In this document: positions 37,905-47,960 of the stretch, piece after piece | Numbering within the stretch: position 1 is the first letter of the stretch | How the letters are laid out: the number at the start of each line of letters is the position of its first letter | Assembly: GCF_001194135.2 (NCBI RefSeq) | Contig: NC_068981.1 | Coordinates: 108,125,963 to 108,189,962, forward strand | Direction of reading: 5' to 3' | Length of the DNA: 64,000 nt | Source: Octopus bimaculoides | Taxonomy: Eukaryota | The notes under the pieces: model-generated | Told to the model about the DNA's origin: nothing | Databases searched by the model: none | The model's input: only the letters and a program-made list of their open reading frames with translations | Made by a program: the position numbers and the translations under genes

Positions 37905-38700
37905 ATAACCTCTGCTGGTGATAAAGGGCCTCACGCTCAGTGTAAAAGGCAGACTGTATGATGCATGTGTATGAACAGCCATGCTTCACAGCAGTGAAAC
38001 ATGGGCTGTGACTGCTGAGGACATGCGTAAGCTCACAAGGAATGAAGCTAGTATGCTCCGATGGATATGTAATGTCAGTGTGCATACTCNNNNNNNNNNT
38101 ATGCTCCGATGGATATGTAATGTCAGTGTGCATACTCGACAGAGTGTAAGTACCTTGAGAGAAAAGTTGGACCTAAGAAGCATCAGATGTGGTGTGCAAG
38201 AGAGATGATTGCGCTGGTATGGTCAAGTGGTATGAATGGATGAGGATAGCTGTGTGAAAAAGTGCCACATCCTAGCAGTTGAGGGAACCTGTGGAAGAGG
38301 TAGACCCAGGAAGACCTGGGATGAGGTGGTGAAGCACAACCTTCGAATATTAGGCCTCACCAAGGCAATGACTTGTGACCGAGACCTTTGGAAATATGCA
38401 GTGCGTGAGAAGACCCGGCAAGCCAAGTGAGACCATAACCCGAGGCCTCTGCCAGGGGGTAGCCAGCCCACTTATGCATACCTTTCCTTCATTGGACACT
38501 AAACTCTGTTTGCGAATACCTGTTGAGGCAAATGAAATCGATCCAAATTCGACGACTGGCACCCATTCCAACCTCTCCTTCATCAGACACTAAACTCTGC
38601 TTGCGAAGACCTGTTGGGGCAAGTGAAATCGAAATTGTGATTGAACCAAATTCGATGACTGGCACCGTCTGAGCATGATCATTGCCAGAGCAGCTGTCTG
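37905..38700 (+). mobile_element. RTE LINE RT C-terminus plus 3' UTR
   Basis: KGLTLSVKGRLYDAC, MLHSSETWAV..EASMLRWICNV and GRGRPRKTWDEVV. Confidence 0.92.
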
Positions 38701-38704
38701 GCAT

Positions 38705-38790
38705 ACAAAGAATAAGTCCTGGGGTCAATTTGCTCGACTAAAGGCGGTGCTCCAGCATGACCACAGTCAAATGACTGAAACAAGTAAAGG
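38705..38790 (+). mobile_element. tRNA-SINE 3' end
   Basis: ataagtcctggggtcaatttgctcgactaaaggcggtgctccagcatg..aatgactgaaacaagtaaa is the reverse complement of 46499-46580. Confidence 0.85.
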
Positions 38791-39589
38791 AGAGAGTTAA
38801 GAGTATATTATTTATATTATTATATGATTGAACACCATACATCCTCTTCCAAGTAAGTTTTATCTTAATAATTCTGATGTGCACTCTATACAATCTTTTT
38901 ACTCTTTTGTTTTTCTTTCTTTCTCTCTCTTATTCTTTTACCTCCTCTTCTCCCACTACTCTATCCTATTACTCTGTCTCTCTCTCTCGCTCACTCCTCC
39001 TTCCTTGCCACATAGCTCTCACGTAACCATCGGCCATCTTTCTTTCTTCTCCTAACTTGTGTTTCTTGCTTTCTCTCCGTTGTAGCTGGAACAAGGAAGA
39101 TGTGTTCTTGTTTGTCTACTGACCAAGCTTGATTTATGCGTTCTCCACCACAACCTTGTTTAGGTTTAGCAGTCCTTCCTGTTTGTTTTCACTGTCCTGT
39201 TTATGTTTCCAATTTTGACCCTCCGCAAAATCCCAAATTCTATTTAATTTGCTTTGCGGGAGCAACTGTTTTAACGAAAGCATATATTGTTGTTAAATGC
39301 TCAAAATATGAGACTAGAAAAATAGCCAACAACTGATGAAGGGTCGTTCTTTATGTTGTTTGTTCTGTTTTCCATTTGTGTCTTTCGTTGTTCGAAAGAG
39401 TAGTTCATGTTCCATGCACTCGTGCTTTGTACTTTTTTGTCGTACACATTTTGCGATGTCCTGTGCTCACATATGCATATATATATATGTATAGATGTAA
39501 GTATGTACATATACGTATGTATATATGCATATATGTATATATATATTATTGATATTATCATATATGTGTGTGTGTGTGTATACACATAT

Positions 39590-41066
39590 ATAGTGGGAAT
39601 TTACAGAAAAACAAAAGACGAAGACAGGTGTATAAACAACAAACAGGTATATCATTTTAACGTTCGGTAAGGTGAGAAAGTCTTTTACGTTTTGAGCCTA
39701 TGCTCTTCAACAGAAAGGAAGAAATAAACAGAGAGAGAATAAAAATGCTTTAGAGGTTAGCAGTCAATCATGGTGGCTGGCTGGACAGAGGAGCTAGGAA
39801 GAAGGGGAGATAATAAAGTATTGGTGATCCCAAAACGAAGGTGCGTGTGTATGTGAGAGCATGTGTGTGTGTGTGCATGTAGATAGAGGCTGCTGACCTT
39901 GATGTGTGGATGTGTGCATGTGTGTGTGCGTCTGTAATGTGTGGGTGTGTGGGTGATGGTGTTGGTACTGGGAAGTGGTCACTGCTAGTGTGTGCAGTGA
40001 TGTGATGTGGTGTGGTGGTATGGTCTGGTGGTGTGGTGGTCTGGTGGTGTGGTGGTGTGGTGGTGTTGGGGTGTGGAGATGCGATGGTGAGGTGTGGGGA
40101 TGTGAGGTGTGGGGATGTGAGGTGTGGGGATGTGAGGTGTGGGGATGTGAGNNNNNNNNNNNNNNNNNNNNNNNNNNNNNNNNNNNNNNNNNNNNNNNNN
40201 NNNNNNNNNNNNNNNNNNNNNNNNNNNNNNNNNNNNNNNNNNNNNNNNNNNNNNNNNNNNNNNNNNNNNNNNNNNNNNNNNNNNNNNNNNNNNNNNNNNN
40301 NNNNNNNNNNNNNNNNNNNNNNNNNNNNNNNNNNNNNNNNNNNNNNNNGGGTGGGGTATGGGGGAGTGGGGTGGGTATGGTGGTGGGGTCGGGATGTGTA
40401 GGAGTGGGGTGTGAATGGAGGGGGTAACAATGAAGGGAGAAGGTTGGTAGGGGTGAAGAGAGGAAGTAGGTGTCAGGGCAAGAGAGGAGAGAAGAGGCAG
40501 ATACGAATAAAGAGAAGAAGTAGGTGTGAGATGAAGAGAGGAGAGGAGTCAGATGAAGAGGGGAGTGGACTTGAGTCAATGTGGCACAAAGGAGCGAAGA
40601 GAAAAGATTAATTCCTGTTCACAATGAAGGCTGGAGTCTGGATGGCTCCTGTGCAAAAACAGTCCAAACACAGCCAGATGTTGTAATGAATGACTGGTAG
40701 AGTGGAAACGGCGTGAGACTGTCGTTGCTGAGTCTAATGTCTTGGAGGTGCTCCACGAACCAGTCAGCTATTTGGCTGATGTACAGAGAAGGACAGAAAG
40801 AGTAGGATATGCAGTAAATGACGTTTCTAGAAGTGCATGTAAAGGAGTCGGTGATATGATAGGAATGATGATGGGTATATATATGTATATCGCCATGATA
40901 GATCGCTGACCACTACATTTATATTTTTTCTCCTTGTTTTTCTCCTTATTTCTTTCTGTTGAAGAGCGTAGCTCGAAACGTTAAAGACTTTCTCTATTCC
41001 CGAGCGTTAAACTAATACATCCATTTGTTGTTTACACCACCTGTCTTCGTCTGTTGTTGTTTTTTT
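39590..41066 (-). mobile_element. Second Penelope-like element: pseudo-LTR (-), GT-rich 3' region, GIY-YIG C-terminus (-), inverted pseudo-LTR (+)
   Basis: 39590-39775 and 40895-41066 are inverted copies. 40600-40880 on the minus strand gives SRRFHSTSHSLQHLAVFGLFLHRSHPDSSLHCEQELIF, resembling PLE GIY-YIG C-termini (H.RS..H..L...G.......R...E..LIF). Confidence 0.8.
40951..40987 (+). ncRNA. Minimal type I hammerhead-like motif with CUGUUGA core
   Basis: TCTTT-CTGTTGA-A-GAGC(gta)GCTC-GAA-AC-GT-T-AAAGA. Stem I is TCTTT/AAAGA. The sister copy at 39681-39717 (-) has the same CTGTTGA core. Confidence 0.65.
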
Positions 41067-42959
41067 NNNNNNNNNNNNNNNNNNNNNNNNNNNNNNNNNN
41101 NNNNNNNNNNNNNNNNNNNNNNNNNNNNNNNNNNNNNNNNNNNNNNNNNNNNNNNNNNNNNNNNNNNNNNNNNNNNNNNNNNNNNNNNNNNNNNNNNNNN
41201 NNNNNNNNNNNNNNNNNNNNNNNNNNNNNNNNNNNNNNNNNNNNNNNNNNNNNNNNNNNNNNNNNNNNNNNNNNNNNNNNNNNNNNNNNNNNNNNNNNNN
41301 NNNNNNNNNNNNNNNNNNNNNNNNNNNNNNNNNNNNNNNNNNNNNNNNNNNNNNNNNNNNNNNNNNNNNNNNNNNNNNNNNNNNNNNNNNNNNNNNNNNN
41401 NNNNNNNNNNNNNNNNNNNNNNNNNNNNNNNNNNNNNNNNNNNNNNNNNNNNNNNNNNNNNNNNNNNNNNNNNNNNNNNNNNNNNNNNNNNNNNNNNNNN
41501 NNNNNNNNNNNNNNNNNNNNNNNNNNNNNNNNNNNNNNNNNNNNNNNNNNNNNNNNNNNNNNNNNNNNNNNNNNNNNNNNNNNNNNNNNNNNNNNNNNNN
41601 NNNNNNNNNNNNNNNNNNNNNNNNNNNNNNNNNNNNNNNNNNNNNNNNNNNNNNNNNNNNNNNNNNNNNNNNNNNNNNNNNNNNNNNNNNNNNNNNNNNN
41701 NNNNNNNNNNNNNNNNNNNNNNNNNNNNNNNNNNNNNNNNNNNNNNNNNNNNNNNNNNNNNNNNNNNNNNNNNNNNNNNNNNNNNNNNNNNNNNNNNNNN
41801 NNNNNNNNNNNNNNNNNNNNNNNNNNNNNNNNNNNNNNNNNNNNNNNNNNNNNNNNNNNNNNNNNNNNNNNNNNNNNNNNNNNNNNNNNNNNNNNNNNNN
41901 NNNNNNNNNNNNNNNNNNNNNNNNNNNNNNNNNNNNNNNNNNNNNNNNNNNNNNNNNNNNNNNNNNNNNNNNNNNNNNNNNNNNNNNNNNNNNNNNNNNN
42001 NNNNNNNNNNNNNNNNNNNNNNNNATATATATGTATATGTGTATATATATGTATATATTATACATGTCTACATGCATACACACACACACACACACAAATA
42101 TATGCATATACAGGTATATATTTGGTAGCACAAACAAGATAAACGAAACTCAAAACATGAATATATATATTTTTTTTTTCTCATTATTTTTAATCAGCAG
42201 AAGTTACAAGTAACTCAAGGGACAAAAGGTTTGTGTATGGAGAAACTCTCGTCGTGCTTGACTCACAATTAAAGTTTGCTGACTGTTGATTAAAAACTTT
42301 AAAAATATACAAACATACAAACATGTATATCCATATTATTGACACTATATTAAATATATCATTCCAACAATTACACACATGTGCGCACGCACACACACAC
42401 ACACATGCACACATACACACACACACATGCATAGATATGTAATTGCTGATATAATATATTTAATTATATATAATATACTTAATATACTTTCAAAAAGTAT
42501 TTATATGTCATCTTATGAAAAGAAAACTGTTGTTTCTATGGTAATTGTTTATGTTATCAAGTATGATTATTATTGGCTTATCATTGGATTAGTGATAGGA
42601 TTTAGGCTGATAATACCACCAATCTACAGATTAGAATATATAAGTCAATCAAAGAAACAGCTTCAAATTTTTAAACAACATTGATTAAGACCTGAATTTC
42701 TTTATAAAAAACTGGAGTACTGTTATCAATACCCAGACAACAGCACTATTTTGATTCTTATAGACCATATTGCAATAAATCATTTGCTTATCATCCTGTT
42801 ATTGGTCATTCAGTTTGCACCTACACTTCCTGCTAAGTTATGACTAAAGTATTAGATTCAACCAATAAACAATTTTTTTTTTCCTCACATTGGAAAAATA
42901 AAGTGAGTCAAACATTGAAGCTTGCATTTTCTCTCTGGTTATACATAATTATTATTCTT

Positions 42960-43810
42960 TTACTTGTTTCAATCATTTGACTGCGGCCATGCTGGAGCAC
43001 TGCCTTTAAGGGCTTTAGCCAAAGAAATTGACCCCAGGACTTATTCTATCAGTCTCTTTTTGACAAACCACTAATTTACGTGGATGTAAGCACACCCAGC
43101 AATGGTGTGGGGACAAACACAGACACAGATATATACATATATATATATATATATATGGATCATAAGAGTTTGATTCAAATTCGTTGGTACTCCACATTTC
43201 AAGCATGATGCTAGTCTTCAGCCATTTTGAATTTGAAACTTGGAGTACCAACAAATTTGAATCAAACTTTTTTGATCCATACATGTAACTCCCAATAAAN
43301 NNNNNNNNNNNNNNNNNNNNNNNNNNNNNNNNNNNNNNNNNNNNNNNNNNNNNNNNNNNNNNNNNNNNNNNNNNNNNNNNNNNNNNNNNNNNNNNNNNNN
43401 NNNNNNNNNNNNNNNNNNNNNNNNNNNNNNNNNNNNNNNNNNNNNNNNNNNNNNNNNNNNNNNNNNNNNNNNNNNNNNNNNNNNNNNNNNNNNNNNNNNN
43501 NNNNNNNNNNNNNNNNNNNNNNNNNNNNNNNNNNNNNNNNNNNNNNNNNNNNNNNNNNNNNNNNNNNNNNNNNNNNNNNNNNNNNNNNNNNNNNNNNNNN
43601 NNNNNNNNNNNNNNNNNNNNTATATATATATATATATATATGATGGGCTTCTTTTAGTTTCCATCTACCAAATCCACTCAGACAGCTTTGGTTGGCCCAA
43701 GGCTATGGTAGAAGACATTTGCTAAAGATGTCATGATGTGGGACTGAACCTGGAACCATGTGGTTGGAATGCAAGCTTCTTATCACACAGCCAAGCCTGG
43801 ACCTATAGTC
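42960..43810 (-). mobile_element. tRNA-derived SINE split by a foldback insertion and a gap
   Basis: The 3' half (42960-43135) and 5' half (43640-43810) match 46499-46894. Confidence 0.85.
43154..43281. mobile_element. Foldback mini-element (128 bp) in the SINE's (TA)n tract
   Basis: tatggatcataagagtttgattcaaattcgttggtactcca pairs with tggagtaccaacaaatttgaatcaaacttttttgatccata. Confidence 0.85.
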
Positions 43811-44029
43811 ATGCCTGCACCTATTAGTATTCATCAAATAATTAATTATCTCTCTTGGCTTCAGGGGAATTTCTGTAGAAATATACTGCCTTTGTTTTAA
43901 TAAATTTTGAAAATAATGAAGATATTAGGGCAACAGACCAAAATTGTGGTTGGTGCAAAGCCTCTGCCAGACCAAGTGTGATGTAGTGGTGGAACAATGA
44001 CATTGACATAAAAGAGAAGAGATGAGTCT

Positions 44030-44760
44030 GGAAAGAGTGGAAAAGAGCGGTTAGCAAAGAATCATGTCAGAAGGCTTAAAGGGCAGCCAGATATCAGGTT
44101 TATCAAGCTCAGGTAGAAGCAGAAAAGAAAAGGTTTGTCAAAGTCCACAGTGTGAAGATCAGAGACTTGAAGTGTTCCAGATTGCTAAACAGTGTGTCAG
44201 TGAGAATCGAGATATTGTCGGAGAGAAGTGTGTGCAGATGGAAAATGGTATGCTTGCACTTAGTGATGTGAACAAGAAAGAAGCATGGAAAAGTTACTAT
44301 GTGAGACTTAAATGAGGAGAATGAATGGAACAAATGGATCAGCTATATTAGTGGACAGCAGTATGGTAGATAAGGCAATTAAAAACATGAAAACCAGGAA
44401 AGTCCCATGGCTGAGATGCTCAAATATCGGGTAAGGTAGGATACGGGCTAGTCACCCACATAGTTAATTAGGTCATTCAGGAAGGTGTAATACCCAAGGA
44501 CTGGCACAGCAGCATTACTGTTAGTTGCTACAAGGGTAAGGGTGATGCGTTAGAAGCAATTATAGAGGCATCAAATTTTTGGACCAGGTGATGAAAATTA
44601 TGGAGAGAGTTATAGCTCAATTAATTAGGAGCAGAATTAGGCTAAATGAAAAGCAGTTTGGCTTTGTCTGGGGAAGAAGCACTACTTTCATAGTCAGGCA
44701 ACTGCAAGAGAAGCATTTAGCTAAGAAAAACCATTATATTTGGCATTCATAGAGTTCAAG
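44030..44760 (+). mobile_element. RTE LINE ORF2 fragment (RT N-terminal half)
   Basis: KKEAWKSYY, IPKDW..CYKGKGDA, NYRGIK..VMKIMERVI, QFGFV.GRSTT and VRQLQEK. Confidence 0.9.
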
Positions 44761-45240
44761 CCAGTAAAGACTTTTTGAGTTAAGAGAGTTCCTGGTCTTT
44801 GTAAATATGTGGCTGAGCTGTTGATGCACACACCCAAGTATGTGCATCTATTCACCTAAAGATTTTTGTCCAAATTTGTAGGCACATATCTAATGCACCA
44901 ATGATGATAAGCCAAAACGAGAATTTATAATCAGGATACAAGAGCTGTAAATTCCGCATTAATTCACCATAAATGTTTTCTTTTTCCTTGACTTTTTATG
45001 ATGCATTCACATCCACTGGGTAGCTGACCTCTACAACTGTTATATCCTTATGCTTCCAATATCATAGTACGGTCGATATTATCAACGGTAGATAAAAAAT
45101 ACACTGTAACAGTGTTATAACAATACGAAATAGAAACAGCAGCAGTAACAAACACATAACTATCTTTTATGAACCAGCAATCAATACTTCCAACACACTA
45201 ACTCGAACTGTAAACTGTACCTGGACTTCAAAGACCAAAC

Positions 45241-47219
45241 AATGAACTCTTTCTTTTATTGACCACACAGAGTCTAACACAGAGGGGACAGCACATGGTG
45301 GAGACAGAAAAAACAGATGGAAAGGATGAATTTGATAAAATGATAAATGAAATGAAGCTGAGCAACTTCATTGAACCTGTTAATGCAACTTCTTTTTAAA
45401 ACATTATTTGTAAAAGTTTAAAAAATTATCTGTAACCATTAACTTACATCTTTCCAAAGAATGTCTATGTTAAATTTCTTTAAAAATTCAAGATAGCTTA
45501 CCCGTTCTGGTATTGTGCTGGTGTCTATTTTCTTGACCCACCACTCAAAGTCCTTCTCATAATTCTTTACTCTCAAAAGATACTCTGGATCTGCCATCGC
45601 ACACTGAAAGTACTCAGGCAATCCCCTAAATTCCGTTATATTCACTTTTACCACTTTGTCCCATGAGTCTATCTTATTATGAAGTTTTTCATTTTGTCTG
45701 TTGTACAGTATAACATATTTTTTCTTACAGGGCAAGGGTGGGGAAGTTTGGGGCTCCTGTGTGCTTGTGCTTGTCTTTGTATCAGGTGGGGCATGGAGAG
45801 GGTTGGTGTCTGTAGGGGGAGGTTGGGGTAGAGTGGGTGTGGGTGGGAGGCAGGTGGGTGTGGGATGGGAGTCATCATTTACAAAGTATGCTTTTTCCCT
45901 TCCCTTCTTTTTTTTCCAGTCATTTCCCATCCATTCTTTTCCTTGTTCACCTCCTCTTCCTCGGCGCTGGTACTGGTTTTTGTCAGTGTTGAAGTTGCAA
46001 TTTCCTTCCTGATTTCGGGTTCCTCTTTAGTCTGTGGGATCCTGCCTTCTACTTTGACCCTGAGTATCACCTCTTTGACTGTGATGGTCTCAACCATGTT
46101 TTCAAGGTTTTCCAGAGCCGCCTGGATTATCATATCTAGGCTCTGCCCTAGCCAGTTCTTATGGGGTGTTCTGGTGGACTGGAGGACCACTATCTTCTCT
46201 TCCGTGCCCAGCAGTATTGGCAGCTGCTAGCCAGGCTATATCAATTTTTGGGGGTATGTCTTCTACCCCAACTCTGGAAGCATGTCTCCCAAAGTATATG
46301 GGTAGAAGCACGACTTCATCCATTTTTAAGGGTATTGCTGAGTGCAGCCTAGCAATAGCTACCTCCTGGAACTGCACCTCCACCGTTCCAAACTTTCTTC
46401 CCCTGGCAAGGTAAAAAATCCCTTACCAGATTGGTTTTAATAATGACTTGAGCGGTCAACATGATTTCAATTTTCCTTGTTGTTGATGAGTATGTCCTCT
46501 TTTACTTGTTTCAGTCATTTGACTGCGGCCATGCTGGAGCACCGCCTTTAGTCGAGCAAATTGACCCCAGGACTTATTCTTTGTAAGCCTAGTAAAAATT
46601 CTCTTGGTCTCTTTTGCCGAACCGCTAAGTTACGGGGACGTAAGCACACCAGCATCAGTTGTCAAGCGATGTTAGGGTGACAAATACAGACACACAAACA
46701 CACACACATATATATACATATACATATATACGACGGTCTTCTTTCAGTTTCCGTCTACCAAATTCACTCACAAGGCTTTGGTCGGCCTGAAGCTATAGTA
46801 GAAGACACTTGCCCAAGGTGCCACGCAGTGGGACTGAACCCGGAACCATGTGGTTGGTAAGCAAGCTACTTACCACACAGCCACTCCTGCGCCTATGAAT
46901 ATTGTCCTGTGAATATTGTTTTTTTCATTTTTTTCTTTTAAAATTTCTTTGGCATTTCTTTTCGCTTTTCTCTTTCACTGCCTCTGTATAATTCTTCACC
47001 TCCATTGCTTCGTCTATTCTCTTCAGACATTTAACCAGCTCTTCCTCAGATGACATAAAGTCTAAATAAGAAGAACTCAAACCTTTGTATTCCATCATGA
47101 AGGTATGAACCTATGACTTTCCCCTATCAAAGAAGAGGGAAGATGTCGAAGAATACCACAAGACGGCAAACATGTGTTCTGCGCAAAGACAGCAGTTCAA
47201 CAACTATCAACAAGACGAT
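45241..47219 (-). mobile_element. ORF1-only (HAL1-like) non-autonomous L1/Tx1-type retroposon
   Basis: Flanked by GACCAAAC at 45233-45240 and 47220-47227. It has a 5' leader, a frameshifted ORF from about 47098 to 45439 (YLARGRKFGTVEVQF..IPPKIDIAWLAAA, then a Pro-rich and Lys-rich region), no EN or RT, and a 3' tail tgtcccctctgt..tgtggt..aataaa shared with the Tx1-like element next to it. Confidence 0.7.
46499..46894 (-). mobile_element. Full-length, well-preserved tRNA-derived SINE inserted in the ORF1-only element
   Basis: Head ggcgcaggagtggctgtgtggtaag..ccgggttcagtccca (A and B boxes). Degenerate TSD atgagtat-gtcct (46486-46498) and atgaatattgtcct (46895-46908). Confidence 0.92.
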
Positions 47220-47227
47220 GACCAAAC

Positions 47228-47960
47228 TATGATGATTTTATTAAAACCACAAGGGTTAAACAGAGGGGACAATACAAGGGACAAATGGGGTCGGAGACTT
47301 ATTGTATGATATTACATGAATAAATATATTATAATTTTGGATGAGCAATGGGAAACAAAAAATGAATGGACGTGGAATGGGTTTGACCCCACCAACCACA
47401 TTCCTGTATTGAACCATTTACTTTACCCTTTTTTTTTTATGCTCTACTTAATTTGGCACTTACATACCCAACATTGGGGCTACTTTCTTCCATCTTCTTT
47501 CGTACTTTTTTGCCGTCAGGCATTTCTTCTCCAGACATGCTTTCCCTCTTAGGTGATATAAAAAGAGGTTGACCAAAGCATGCCCGGAGACGAAGGTGCC
47601 TGATACAATACCTCTTCCATATCACCTCTTTCGCTATAGGTCGGTAGAAACCCACAGGTCCGAGAGACTCATAAACTGTACAATTGCGTACAGAACAGTT
47701 TCATTGCTCTGTCCGTAATGTGGGCATGTAGGCAAAAGGTGACGCTGTGCCTCACAAGTTTATCCAGAACTGACAAGGCACTTTGGAAGCACAGTCAAGC
47801 TGGGGACCTCTGGCAGTTGTCCATAGGTCCTGGGCCGAAAGTCCTTCAATGCAGGTTGGCAAGCTGACTTTCATCGAAACCCAGAGTCTCCCCCAGGCTG
47901 TCATCACACTTGCCCTGTACCAGCCCTCTATAATAGTACACCAAGGTGGTACCCCTCTGT
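47228..47960 (-). mobile_element. Tx1/L1-clade LINE 3' fragment
   Basis: Broken minus-strand frames resemble a Tx1 ORF2 C-terminus (..VLDKLVRH..GQP...K...RW). A T-rich 3' UTR ends in AATAAA and (ATC)n. Confidence 0.65.

Noticed and set aside
38052-38137. Duplicated tatgctccgatggatatgtaatgtcagtgtgcatactc around a 10-N gap
   Set aside because: Assembly overlap artefact inside an RTE copy.
39325-39400. CTGATGAAGGG...CGAAAG as another hammerhead
   Set aside because: I could not find a stem II partner, an AC-GUH helix III or a stem I complement. It may be a pseudo-LTR remnant but the fold is unsupported.
39768-40611. His/Pro/Thr-rich ORFs of 130-260 aa
   Set aside because: Translations of (GGT/GTG)n and GTGAGGTGTGGGGAT minisatellite sequence and gap within the Penelope-like 3' region.
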